Shown: positions 11,912 through 24,801 of the stretch, piece after piece
Position numbering within the stretch: the first letter of the stretch is position 1
How the letters are laid out: every line of letters starts with the position of its first letter
NCBI GenBank assembly: GCA_045837725.1
Contig: JBEWZL010000261.1
Coordinates: 62,001 to 115,946, forward strand
Length of the DNA: 53,946 nt
Direction of reading: 5' to 3'
Origin: Vermamoeba vermiformis
Lineage: Eukaryota
The notes under the pieces: model-generated
Databases searched by the model: none
Told to the model about the DNA's origin: nothing
Seen by the model: only the letters and a program-made list of their open reading frames with translations
Program-made: the position numbers and the translations under genes

Positions 11912-13382
11912 TCACTTTGCGTTGTCATTATTGTTATTGTTTGCATTGTTATTATTACTGTTCGCGTTATCTTGATTTTCTTCCTCTTCATCGTCATCGT
12001 ACCACGATAACAAACCGAGTAATTTTTTGCCCAATGAAGTCAACTTTGGCGGCACGTATGCACCCTATAAATTATACGTTATTTCATCTGTACTATTAAT
12101 ATAGCGTGACGCTAAGTCTTACCTCTAATTCTGGGGTTGGTTTACTTGACGGAGCCGCTGTGCCAGTAGCAAACTTCGATATATTTTTACCACTCTTAAA
12201 TAGAATAGGGATTGATATAGGGATTATTATGATAATAGGTGCCGAACTAAAGTACTTTATAACTGTTAATTCTCTCGTTGACTAATTCTTGATCGTCATA
12301 TTTTGGTGCAAAGTACGTGATGTATACGAATGATCGCCACAACGGAGAAGTGTTTGCATAGCTGCCGTGAATCAAGCACGAGTTAAATATCAACATATCT
12401 CCCTTATTAAATGATAATTGTTTTGTTCTGCCTTTGATCGCGTCCAGATCTTTGAAAAAACAAAGAGTTTTGTTTTCTGGGTATGCCTAGAAGAACCATT
12501 AATTTTAGTATATCCATGTATGAATCGGGTACGTACTTGTTTAGGATTATTTTTAGCCCACTCTTCAATATCCCAATTCCATCCAGGGACGACATGAAGC
12601 GAGCCTTGATCCTCGTTCGTGTCCAACAACGAGATCAGACCTTGAACTTGCAGAGTTGACGGTAAAAACTAACAAGAGGATGGTAAATACGATACATTAG
12701 CGAATTTGGCGTAATCGGACTTACGTGAGGGTTTAGATCTGTGTGGTACCACGTGCCGCATTGCCAATCAGGTTTTTTGACACCGTTAACAATGCCAGGC
12801 CTTAAGAAACGATTAGTACGTATCCTTATTATTAAAATTAATAATAATGTTACCTTTTAAGGCTAACTCTATCAAGTGAAACCCACAATTGTTGTTCTTC
12901 GTGCAGATCCGCGAACATTTGATAGATTTTAGGGTTTTGACGCATCGCCCAAACAGTTGCTAAGTGATACACAGGGTACGTATTTATAAATCCCTAAATT
13001 CAACCGTTTAAAACTCAATTCATTTTGATTCAGTGTTAAATCTACCATTCGCTCGAACGGATTGCCATCCCAAGTCGACGAATCCTTTCGTTTGGCCTAT
13101 AAATAAATTAATCATAATATTTTACGGAATATCATCACTATTAATTACCAATGAGCATTTCTCTATCATTTCCCAAATTTCATCTAGACACCGATCGCAC
13201 TCTTCAGCAGAGATTACATTAGGAATAATTACGTATCCATGCTCGTTAAAATGATCGATTTGTTCTTTGGTTAATTGCTTCGGATCTTTGTTGAAACAGC
13301 CTTGATACGGATGTGTCAACACGTGCTCTTTATTCTGAAGCACCTTTTTGCCTCCCTTCGCTTTTGGTTTGTTTTTTTCCAT
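11912..13382 (-). CDS. Phytanoyl-CoA dioxygenase (PhyH)-family 2OG-Fe(II) oxygenase, multi-exon
   Basis: HFNEHGYVIIPNV start, WYHTD (HxD), GSLHVVPG, GDMLIFNSCLIHG (distal His), acidic/Asn-rich tail. Confidence 0.85.
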
Positions 13383-13765
13383 TGAAGTGTTATTAGTGAT
13401 CGATAGATAATGCGAAATAAGCTTAGAGCCCAAAAAGTACTGAACGAAGGCGGGAAAATTGACAGAATACCAAGTAGCGCATTTTTGCTACTAATCAGGA
13501 CAGTAGAAGCACATTCATAACTTTTCAATAATCATTTGGATTCGCATTGGTGTAAGCAAGTCCAGATTGAACTCAACATTGGGATAGATCTTTTTTGGGG
13601 ATTGACCGTTGCATCGAGTGGATTTTATTCCAAAAATTTCCTTTAATTGCTAGCTAGTTGAAAATATTATGAGCTAAATTGTGGAGCCAAAATAATGACC
13701 AGGTAAGATTTTTTTTATTAATAAATTTTGTTTTCCTTGATCAGAACTTAAATATTCGTTAAGAT

Positions 13766-14359
13766 CTAAATACAAGTATTAACAGTATTTCCTACGCATG
13801 TCCCGACTGGTTCTGTTCTGGATGTGCTTGCAGTTGAGCAATTGCTCGCTGATCCGTAGAACTGCCAATCAACAGCGTTTCCGCACTTCGCCAAATAAGA
13901 TACTTTTCCACCAGGTTCGGCAGCACAATAATTAACCTTCCATATCGTCTTTTTGAGGACAGATCCGGTGCACGGCAAAGTCGCATCTGAAAACTCGGTT
14001 TCAACCAAGTAATGAGGACCAGCATATATGGCGTAGTTTGGCTCGGAGTCAGAGCAATATACACCAAAGTTAGGAGGCGTATGGCAGCCTTGCAGTTTAC
14101 GAGAATAATTTAACGTGCAGTTGCTGCATCCGGAATCCGAGCAGCTGTACGAGAAATATTCGTTTGCCGAACACGTTAATTTTGTCCATACATTGACGTC
14201 TTCAGCCACACAGGCTCCGTTGTGAGATTTGGCCATGAAGAACTTGTATTGGCTTGAACAGCCCGACACTTCCAGGATCCACGGTTGAGCTTGAACGGCA
14301 ACAAAAAGACCAACGAGTGCCAATAAGGTAATACATTTTGATGCTATTGTGGTCGTCAT
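13766..14359 (-). CDS. Small secreted cysteine-rich protein, intronless
   Basis: Signal peptide (LLALVGLFVAVQA) and many Cys in CSDSGCSNC-type motifs. Confidence 0.8.
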   Translation of the reverse strand: MTTTIASKCITLLALVGLFVAVQAQPWILEVSGCSSQYKFFMAKSHNGACVAEDVNVWTKLTCSANEYFSYSCSDSGCSNCTLNYSRKLQGCHTPPNFGVYCSDSEPNYAIYAGPHYLVETEFSDATLPCTGSVLKKTIWKVNYCAAEPGGKVSYLAKCGNAVDWQFYGSASNCSTASTSRTEPVGTCVGNTVNTCI

Positions 14360-14585
14360 GGCTGTTCTCTTTATCCAAAATGATGATCGAATTTTCAAAC
14401 AATGTTTTAATAGTTTGTGATCCGGTTGCGTGCGGAGAGATTTGTTAATCTTTAGTTAGTTTTATGCATAAACTTAATTTTTTATTTGTTTCGTGGTCAC
14501 AGCAGATTTTGACACGCAATCTCGAGGCGAGATTATTCTTGGACTGGGCTATAAGCCTTGCGCCTGGCCGTTATGTTTATTTCAA

Positions 14586-15323
14586 TCAGTTAGTATCTTC
14601 TTCTTGCTGCTCACGCCTTATATTTAGCCATTCAGGCTTGATAATAAGAACTGCAACTGCTCCTGCAGCACCCGCGAGCGCAGAAAGAACTATCACCTTT
14701 AGACCAGGTAATTAATATTGATAGATTTGCACGATATAACTAGTTATATATATATTCTGCTACTTACACCAAATTTATTAGTAGGATAAACTTCGCCTCG
14801 AGTCAGTTTCTTGGCCGTTCTGAAGTATCGTACGGTTGATTTTAGCAATATAACCTGGCCTGAGACTATAACTGCCAGGCCTCCGACCTTCTCGACTTGC
14901 TGTAATATTGGGGCTTCCTCGTCTATCAATAGCGGTAAGTAAGATTGCTTCGATCCAAAAATATTGTTCGAAATTTCAACAAAGATCGTGGCGAAATTAA
15001 CGATCAATATAATAAATTAAATGTTGCTACAAGCTATCTTATTAATTCGGATAATTATGAGGAAAATTAATTTAATTTAAATTACCTTTTTTTTGCTTGG
15101 CTGATTTCGGAATGAAGTGTCGGTATTCTGACATGGCAACGCCTAAACTTAAACATAATAGTGATGTGCGTGCCCACGCTAAATATGTTCGTTCTAACGC
15201 CATCAAATCCCTAGCCAGACTTTCCGACTTTTTCGTTGCCGGAGTTGGAGTCGAAGATGTCGGAGTTGAATAAGCACGACGGAAGATTGAGTTATTTATT
15301 CGGGAATATAATCGTGTAAACAT
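14586..15323 (-). CDS. DUF202 (YidH-like) membrane protein with a mitochondrial-presequence-like N-terminus; multi-exon
   Basis: ARDLMALERTYLAWARTSL matches the DUF202 motif; three hydrophobic segments. Confidence 0.8.
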
Positions 15324-15477
15324 CGTTGTGGAGTAGTCTAATGACGTTTGTTCAAATAAAATCTTTTGAGACGAAATTTAATTGTAATCTTGCTCGATCG
15401 ATTGAACAATGAAACAAACATCAGTGAAGGACACCCTATTGTTTGCTAAATATTAACGCAGAGCTATACACGACAAA

Positions 15478-16782
15478 ATGGTCAAGTGGATTAATTTAGA
15501 GCAGAGATACAGCTGCAACATAAGTACTTTCCGCGATCTGTTTTGTCTATCTTCGTCATTCCACGAAGCCTTTCATGAAATACGGAAAGATCAAGGTATG
15601 CAATATTAATTTTGCTATATCATTATTATTTGAATTTTTCTAAGATTTTGAAAATTAGATGTCGTAGTGACAGACTGGATGCAGACTACTAAAACGACTC
15701 AACAGCGATTATGCTTCTTTAATATGCATATAGAAAAATTTGGTAATAATACCCGATCCGCAATACAAATAATATTGAAAAATTCATCTTAATTTTCCAG
15801 GCCTTATCAAATGCGTTGAAAAGCAGAATTATACGATAGAAAAGGTACAATATAGCATATTGATATGAGAACAATGCTAAATTTAGTTAAGGATAACCAT
15901 CATGCCATTGAATGGAGTTTGACTCCGGATGGGACATTTGCCGGTTTGTTCAACGTGGCTGGCCAGTGCACAATTGAAGACAAATCACCTCACACATTAG
16001 TAAAATTAAAAATAAAAGTAACTGCTGAGGGTGGAGGTGGCTGGGGACTTGGATCCATTGTCGAAAGTACTGCTGCAGAAGTCGTAAGTAATAAAATTGA
16101 TGAATTTTAATTTTCAGCTTACATATAACTAATATAATAATGAATTTAATATTAATCGTGATAATAGGTCAAAAAGTATTACGAAATGTGGATCCAGTTT
16201 GTGCTCGAAGCGCTAGAAAAACATAACATGGCAAAATTACACGAGAATAATCACACTAAAAATATTTCCGAGAATAATACGAATAATAATATGAATGATG
16301 GTGATATTAAGAGCAGATCTAAGAAGAACACTGATGGAAAATTTATCAACGTTAATTTGAACGAGAACAATGCTAGCGATAGTAGGAACATTAGGCCAAT
16401 GCTACATAATAATAACTGGCCTATTAGTTTTGATCTGCAAAATTCAAATTATCCGCCATCGTTATTGCCAAACGTAAACAAGTCACGTGAAAGTTTGATG
16501 AAAAAATACTCTGGCTCGCCGAGAATAGCCTTAAAAACGATTAATTATCCTTATGATATTGAAGGACAGGTGAGCATATTCAACGATGCCGTATAATCTT
16601 ACTTACAATGTTTCATACAGAAAAAATTCAAGCCGAAAGAACTCAGGAGTAGATCACAAAAAATTACGACAGTAATTACCATTGTTTCTGTTGTGTTAAT
16701 TAGCACTGTATTTATTTTTGTATTATTGTACTATAATCAGTTAGAATTTGAAGAAGAAACTCGCTTAAACGACGAGCAATAA
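15478..16782 (+). CDS. VASt/START-like lipid-transfer domain protein with C-terminal TM helix, multi-exon
   Basis: Spliced translation FHEAFHE...VTDW...CVEKQNY...WGLGSIVES...YYEMW resembles a VASt fold. Asn-rich linker; TM ITIVSVVLISTVFIFVLLYY. Confidence 0.6.
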
Positions 16783-17014
16783 ATTTCTTTCTTCGACCAG
16801 ATCAAGATCCCGCTTTGCGTCAATGCGACATGACTCTTTGACAATTTATTCATATAATTAATGCTATCGCGCTGTATCACGAGCGTAAAAACGATTCGGA
16901 GTGGTTCCGCTCCGTTCTGTGATTTAGAAAACTCACGCGACAAAGCGATATTTTTTCTCAAACTCAAAACAAACAACACACCTCGTTGTTATAACTTTAT
17001 TATAGTACTATAAA

Positions 17015-17654
17015 ATGGCTCAAGACGGTCTCGTTCACACTCCTTTGAAGTTTGAAGACAAGATCCACGTTAGAGATTTGCTTGTCCAAGCCGTTATTGG
17101 TGTAAACGACAATGAACGAGTTAAAAATCAAAATATGATTATTAACCTCACTCTTTGGGCTAATTTTGATGCCGTTTCTGAATCAGATCATATCAACGAC
17201 ACGTTGAATTACAGGTTTGACTTTCTATTTGCATAATTAATTACCCAATTATTTTCTATAATTATCCTAACAGTTTATATTAATTTTTAACGATTTTCTA
17301 ATTCTAGAACATTCCATCAGATTTTTTTGTTAATTTTTCAATTTTCATCAGCGGATTTCGGAGTCTAAAAGTCAAGTATGCAAACTTTACTAATTATCTT
17401 ACAGCTGGGTCGCCAAGTCCATCGAAAAGCTCGTTGTTGAGACTAAAGCCGGCACTCTCGAATACCTCGCAGTCAAGATCGCGAAGTTCCTCTTAGAAAA
17501 GACCGGCAACGTTCCTCGCGTTGCAGTTTCAATTGCTAAACCTACTGCTATTGGTCTTGCTAAGGCTGCCGAAGTACACATCGAACGATCAAAAGAAATC
17601 TCAGCTCCTTACCAACGCAAGGGCGCTCCGTACGTGCTTGACGAATCAAAATAA
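17015..17654 (+). CDS. folB: Dihydroneopterin aldolase, stand-alone, two exons
   Basis: DKIHVRDL...IGVNDNER...Q...INL...SDHINDTLNY | ...TLEYLA...KPTA matches FolB motifs. Confidence 0.88.
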
Positions 17655-17861
17655 TTCTTCAAGAATTTAGCAGAAAAAAAACAACAGCGTGGCTTAATCG
17701 TAACAGCAGTTAAGTCACGAAATGAAGCAAAACGATGTTTATTTACATAAATGGTTTTAAATTTACAATTTTGTTTTCGACCGGATCTCGATCCAAATTC
17801 TAGCCTTCGGATCGCTTGAATGCTCGAGCAAGACGATAGTACTGCATCTAAGTGACGTCTC

Positions 17862-18978
17862 TTAAGCATTGCTCTGTCCAGTAACGAATTTTTTGAACGG
17901 CTTTTGTTTCTGGATGTGCATTACTACGCAGCCAATCAAATAGATGAGCCACGGACTGACGAACAGATCTGAGCCAATAAACTGCTTTGCCGCGATCCAC
18001 TATAATAAAAATACCAATAAGTACTCATAGAGTTATATACGAGTCATTTTTAAAAGCGGAGGTAATTTGAATTTAGATCTCGCGAGTTTGAAATGCGTAC
18101 CTGCAATATGTTGATGATTAATAAGCCGAATAAGAACGGCAAAATAGTGAATAAGCTCCATGCGTCCGTATCATTCGTTCCTTGGCTCTGAACAGGCTTA
18201 TTGCCCGAGTCTGAATGAGGTGTTGAAGGCGACAATGGATCTGCTCGTAATCGAAATTTAATAATAATCCGTAATGATAGTATTAATTAATGATATTTCT
18301 TTATGCTTATAATTAGCACTAGTTGGCATAAATTATTAAATTTACCTTTTCGTTCGGATGAGTTTAAATTTGGATCTGATAAAGCCGACAAATCAAATTC
18401 GGAGGATTCCAATTTATTAACTGTATTATTCAGTCTTCTATATGATTTAATAATAACTTGACGAGGGGGAAGTGACTCATCTACCGCTGATACTGCAAGT
18501 TTGATTTTATCTTGCAAATAAGGCTCTTTTATCGGGTCTTTAACTTCAAATAATCTATGCAATATAATTATATTAATAATTTCGTAGTTAAGAATAATGA
18601 GTGAGAGTTTAGGAATTGCATCCAGATCAATTATTTTTTTGCGAAGGGACAAAAAAATAATTAAATTAATTCTTACACATCTAATTGCTTCTTAGGACTG
18701 ATAGTAGCCGTATCAGGTACTACTGTATATACATTTCGTACGCTAAGCGATATTTCGAATTTAATAGCTACGTCATTTGGATTGTAGATCGATAGAATTT
18801 GTTTTGAAGTCGCCTAATACGGAAAATTAGATATAATACAACGAGGATATATTAAATATTAAATATTAAATGGATGTTTTCTTACCCCATCTCCTTCACC
18901 AATAAAATCCAGAGATTTGGGCTTGATTTTGATGCTCAGCGGAGACGAAACGGATTTTAGCAGCACACTACTTTGCAT
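17862..18978 (-). CDS. MSP-domain (MOSPD1/3-like) membrane protein, multi-exon
   Basis: Exon reading QILSIYNPNDVAIKFEI...YTVVPDTATISPK is MSP-like; two C-terminal hydrophobic helices. Confidence 0.7.
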
Positions 18979-19547
18979 AATATATAATTGCTGCCAATGT
19001 GGTAGAAGTCGCCGTGAAAAGATTAAACTATGGCGCCAAAAAAAAGAACTAATTTTCACCCGTCCTCGCCTGAGCGAACACGATTGGCTGGCAATGATTA
19101 AAATCACCCATTTGGAGTCATTAAATAAAACGGCACGCAAAATGGATAATGGGAGCAAAGAGGACGAGGTTGTCGTTAGATTTAATTTGCCGATCGAGAT
19201 AATTAAGGTAATTTGACTATTTTATAAAATGAGACGAATATTAATAATTTTAAATGCATATTAATACGGTTTTACCGGCAGAATTTTCAGATGTGTGCTT
19301 TTCTTTGACTTAATTCAACGAAAACCAGTATCCAATGCCGCCGAAAGAAACTCTTCTGCAAAAAAACGCGGAATATTAGACAGCGCACGATAAAATCGGA
19401 TAATTTTACGTTTGGATTTTCGGCAGCAATGGAGCGGATCCAACAGTGCCCAGGTATCACAACTTTTATACCGCACCGAAATGACATTTATTATCAACAC
19501 TTTATCAAATATAAGAGTCATTATATCAGCGTTAATAGCTGTCCCAA

Positions 19548-22377
19548 ATGAAACTGCTCTTAATTGCCGTGTTTTTGATAATTTGCAGCAGCGCTCACAG
19601 TGCCAATTCGACTCGGATCTGCCTTCAGCCTGGAACAGTACCGATCCCTATATGGTCTGGTGAAAGTAAGCTTGCCACCTATAATAACATTTCACTGTTG
19701 AATCCGTTTTCTTACAATTACTGGATTCACTTTCGATGCTCAAACTGTGCGATGCGCATGACTTTATATCATCGTGCATTTCTTTAAGTATCATCAAAAT
19801 ACCTCGAAATCAGCATTACAGTTCATATCATGACTAATACAGGCAATTTTAACTTCATCTAACGTTGAGCTTTTTGTTTGACAGATGGCACGGGACCTGC
19901 GTGCGCTAAAGGGTTTTATTGCCCATTCATTGATCCTACGAACAATGCGACTTGGCCCTCAGTTTGCCCCGCTACGGCGCCGTGTGTCGTGAGCAGATTA
20001 CGTGGAAATCTATGCGATGCACAAGGACTGTACGAGCCGTTAGTTTGCGAAAGTGGATACTATCTGTCCTAACTTCAACAACAAGACGATTTGTCCGGAA
20101 GGATATTACTGCCCTGACGGATCGACACAGCCAAGAAGATGTCAATTTTGGAGCGTTTGTCCTGCAGGCTCGTCGCAACAACGATTCTATGGTGCTCTAG
20201 TCTTCTTAATTGTGCCGGATCTGGTCGTTGGCGCCGTCATGTTTTGGTACCTCTACACGCGCACGAAGAAAGCCCAAGCTCACGCCAATAAGTTCAAGAA
20301 TGCACAGGGCTCAAGTGAAACAAACCCTGAAATTTCCATTGAAACTATCGTGCAGGTCAAACCAGCAGTTGATGTTCTAGTTGCAGGATTTGAACGCAGC
20401 AGAAAATCATCGCCACCGCTCGACATTCAGTTCGAAGATCTACGACTCGTGCTGCCAAAGAAGAACAAGACACTTTTGGCAGGTGTGAGTGGCAAGATGA
20501 CAGCAGGCAATGTGACAGCAATCATGGGACCTTCAGGAGCAGGCAAAACAATCTTCATCAGCACTTTGATGGACAAGATTGACTCGCGCTGGCAGAGAAC
20601 AGGCACATTGCGCGTGAATGGCGTGGAGACATCGTTGTCGTACATCAAGTCGTCAGTGGGATACGTGCCACAAGAAGATGTGATGCATCGCGAACTGACA
20701 GTTTGGCAGAACATTTGTTACTCTGCTGATGTGCGACTGCCTTCATCTTGGACCAAAAAAGAACGAAGAGACTACTGCGAGAGGTAAGTCATCGCTCATT
20801 AGTTGATCACGTGTCATAATACATAGAACGACACTTTGACATGTGACACTTTTGACACTTGACATTGGTAAGAAACTGACGCTTTTACCCAAGTATTTTG
20901 GACGTGCTTAATCTTCGTTACATCAAACATCAACGAATTGGCAACGAAGAGAAACGAGGCATCAGTGGAGGTCAAAGAAAACGAGTGAACATTGCCATGG
21001 AACTCGCAGCAGCACCGCTCATTCTCTTCTTGGACGAACCAACCACAGGACTCGATGCATCATCAGCACTCGAAGTGTGTGAAGTGCTGAACAAGATTGC
21101 CAAACTGACAGCAATCAATGTGGCAGTGGTGATCCATCAACCTCGTGTGGAGATCTGGAACTCACTCGACAACTTGCTCATTCTTGCACCAGGAGGCAAG
21201 ACAGTGTTCTTGGGTCCTCAACGATTCGCACAATTGTACTTTACGCGTCATTTGGGCATCGAGTTTGCAGCGTATGAAAACCCAGCAGACACGTTGATGG
21301 ATGCAGTTTCCAAATATGGAATAAGTTTTGCGGATAAGTGGAAACAAGACGGACATAAGCTTCTTCTAGAGCTCATCGAGGAAGATATTGCCGAAGAAAA
21401 AAGTCGCGAATTATTGAAATTGAAAGGTGATGCCAGTTCAGCCAAAAGCAGTGAATACAAATCAGTTATCCCAAGCGAAAATTCCTCGAAAAATTCATCT
21501 AGCAGCAAAAACTCAACGAATTACAAAGATTTTGACATCAAGAAAGTAGCACGAAGACGTGGCGCAAATCTCTTCACTCAACTCTATTTGGCTCATGTTC
21601 GAGCAGTCAAACAACAAGCAGTTGGTTATCTCTCACTTTTGATCGAACTCGGATTGTCGTTGATTGCTGGTATATTGATTGGATTGGCCGCTAGTGGTGG
21701 ATACAAAGGCATTCTGAGAGCGCCGTATATTTTAATCTCCGCCGCACCTCGCGAGTTTATTATCCCGCAGAAAGGTCTGTTCATGAATATCGCGATTGGT
21801 CTTGCCGCAGCTACAGCAGGCGTGCGAACATTCGGCGATGAACGAGTGATTTACTGGCGCGAAGCAGCATCAGGACACAACAGAGCGAGTTACTTCTTGG
21901 GCGTCACTTTGTCCGTGCTTTATCGCATTGCATTGGCTGCACTTCACTTTGTCAATCATGTTGTATGTGGTTGGCATGCCTATGCAATCTTTAGGCCGGA
22001 TCTATTTGATTTGCTTTGGCATCTACTTTGCAGTCTATGGCTTGGGCTCACTGATCTCGATGATTTTCGATCGCAAAGACGCACCTTTGACTGCTGTTAT
22101 TGCCACGTTAATTGCTGCTATTATGAGTGGTTTCATCACGTTCTTCCCGTACCAACTCAAAGCCATATCATATGCATTTTGGAGTAGCGAGGCATATTAT
22201 GCTGGTGAAGTTGCGCCATTCAGATCCATTTACGACATTGATGCTTCAAGTGCTGCTTGGGACTACAATATCAATCGCTTTACTATGGATATAGGCCTCA
22301 TGATATGCTTAGGCGTTGGATATAGAATCATATCATTCATTTTAATGGTTCTTCTACGTAGAGACAAACAGAAGTAA
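19548..22377 (+). CDS. ABCG half-transporter with Cys-rich ectodomain (copy B); exons 19548-19665, 19885-20783, 20894-22377; +1 indels at ~20064 and ~21954
   Basis: Same exon structure and motifs as copy A; NBD nearly identical. Single extra bases break the frame at two places relative to copy A. Confidence 0.9.
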
Positions 22378-22476
22378 GATCTGATTCCGGATGTGGTAAC
22401 CAGATCAGTTCGTGCCTCTTCATTACAATAAAATCCGCAATTTATTTACAACTATTTTAATACAGCTAACTGAGCA

Positions 22477-24801
22477 TTAATTGCTCGAGGCGCCAGAACT
22501 ACTAGCGCTGTCGGCATTCGGTTCTGAGGAGCTTTCTTCCTCATGATTATTATCCTTAGAGCTCTCCTCGGAATATTCATCTTGACTTTCGCTATCACTA
22601 CCATCTTCATTATCTTGAGGATGAGATGTCCCTGCTTCTAGATCTCGGCTCGGACTTTCAATCGCATCTGAATTCGTCGAAGGAACGCTTCCTGCGGTTA
22701 ATGGGGAGGTATCTTGTCGCTGAACTTGAAGAGATACACCTTTGGAAGCTACAAACAATGCATTAGAATATTTTTGGAGTTGAAAATAAATTTGATAAAA
22801 TTTTGTACTGGCTCGATCCGAAGATTAAAAAAATGAATATTAATATAATATATTTATAGTTACCGCTCCTATTTTAACACCATTTTAGTGTTTAAGCGAT
22901 TATTAGTACGTACTTGATTTCGAAGAAGTGGATTTGAGCGAGATGTTAGGTGGAGCGAAAGCAGCAATTTGAATCATGCTGATAGTAATCAACAGGATCG
23001 CATTAATGAGATTTCCTGCGTAGAATCCCCACGGCAAGAATAAATACGGCGTAGCGGCGAAAGCCAAGAGCAGTACATAGACTAATGAAACGACTCCGCT
23101 GCCCATAAGCAGTTTAATTGCCTATTTAACGAACGATTAATATTAATTTTATTATTGATAATGGAATGAGTTTCTAATCTTTACCTTGAACTTGGATTCG
23201 GTTCGGTACGTTGCATTTCTTGCCTTCGCAAGCTTGATAAGCTTATCTCCGTAATAGAAGAACAATATAGACGTGAACAGTATGCATACGGCATAGATAA
23301 CAGCTGCAACTATGGTCAATGTAGGCAACAGGTCCCACACCGAATCCGCGGCAAAATGACGCAGAAAGTTCAGCACCCCAAAAGACGAATGCTGCGGCTA
23401 TGAAAGGCCATTTCATTCGGTTAATAAATGTTACGACCTTGAATTTCTTCGCTTCTAATAGCTCTTTCCTAAAAAGGAAAAAAATGTGTAAAGAAAAAAG
23501 AAATGGTCAATATTTTGGCTTACGTACCAATAGAATGTAATCAATAGCGTTGTAGTCGCGAATACAGGTACTGATAATGATAGTAATATATTGCCAGCAG
23601 CTTGAGGGAAAATCTGTCTCGACCACAACGGATCGATGCCATGATAAATCAATCGTTCTGTCAAGATCCGTTAAATTACCTTAGTAATGACTATCTATCT
23701 TTGTCAAATTACCTAAATTGGCTATAATTTCGATCCAAAAGCACGTTTGTGGAATGGAAAGTTCCGGTCCTTTAGTACGGATGTACAGCTGTGGATGTAA
23801 TTAGCAAAATTGATTATGTTCAGGCTCGTACCGTTAATTTTGTAGCGGCAAATATGACAGCAGCCAAGGCGTATAAACCGACGATAACGCTGTACGGATA
23901 GAAGGCTGCAGTAGCGTACATTTCGTCCCATTGGTTGCGATCTGCATCCCGTTACAAAATATTAGAGTTATTATAAATTAACTACCTAAGCATAATTAAC
24001 ATTACCATTAAATCCCATCTTGACCACTATTGTTATGTTTGCTTCGCCCGAGCGAAAATATTCCAAAATTGGTTTTATATCGACGTACGCCGTGTCCCAT
24101 GCCAAAATATTGATATCCGAAATATCTGATCCGTCACGCATTTGATTTAATACTCCAGGAATAGCTATATGAATTAAATCGTTTTAGTGTCAGCTCAGAT
24201 CTGTTTGTTCAGTGAAACGCGGAACATACTTGAAAATCGCGCGCAATTCATGTAGCCCATTGCACCCATATTCTGAAACTTCCTTATACTCAGCTCCATG
24301 CTATAATATTGATCAGTCGTCAGTCTCATATTTTTTCTAAATTAGGAAAAACGCCGAAATAATGATGTGTCATTCCGCTATACGAACTTGCATTATAGCA
24401 ATTTATTGATTATACTTGAGGAATTATCCCGTAAGTTACTCAATTTAATATTAAATTATGAATTTTTTTTCGTTAATTTAAAAGCGAATTCCACTTACGT
24501 CCGTTCGAATCCGGCTTCGCAGCCAAGCACAATATTACCCTCAACGGGTCCTGCGGCATCCGTAAAGCTGCTCACTAATCTTCCTATAACATACTCAGGC
24601 GGGCTAAAAATAATTTATCGTTATTTTTTGACGTTAGATGCAAAACTGAAACTCTTACTTTTCTGGCCCGTATCGTAACAACCAAGGACTATTGTAAAAT
24701 CCTTCTAAGTGTGGAGGATATAACACTTCAAATGCAAAACTGGAATGAATCATCAAGGCAAATAAGATCCAGCAACAGCATCTATTCGGATGTGTCAACA
24801 T
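22477..24801 (-). CDS. Multi-exon membrane protein: signal peptide, PA-like extracellular domain, ~7 TM helices, acidic Ser-rich tail
   Basis: MLTHPNRCCCWILFALMIHSSFA start; successive hydrophobic exons (GIDPLWSRQIFP...LLITFYW); acidic C-terminal ORF 22477-22758. Exon limits approximate. Confidence 0.6.

Noticed and set aside
18869-19216. Long plus-strand ORF overlapping the MOSPD-like first exon
   Set aside because: Its 5' part is antisense to a better-supported exon; only the short F-box-like end is kept, as a weak finding.
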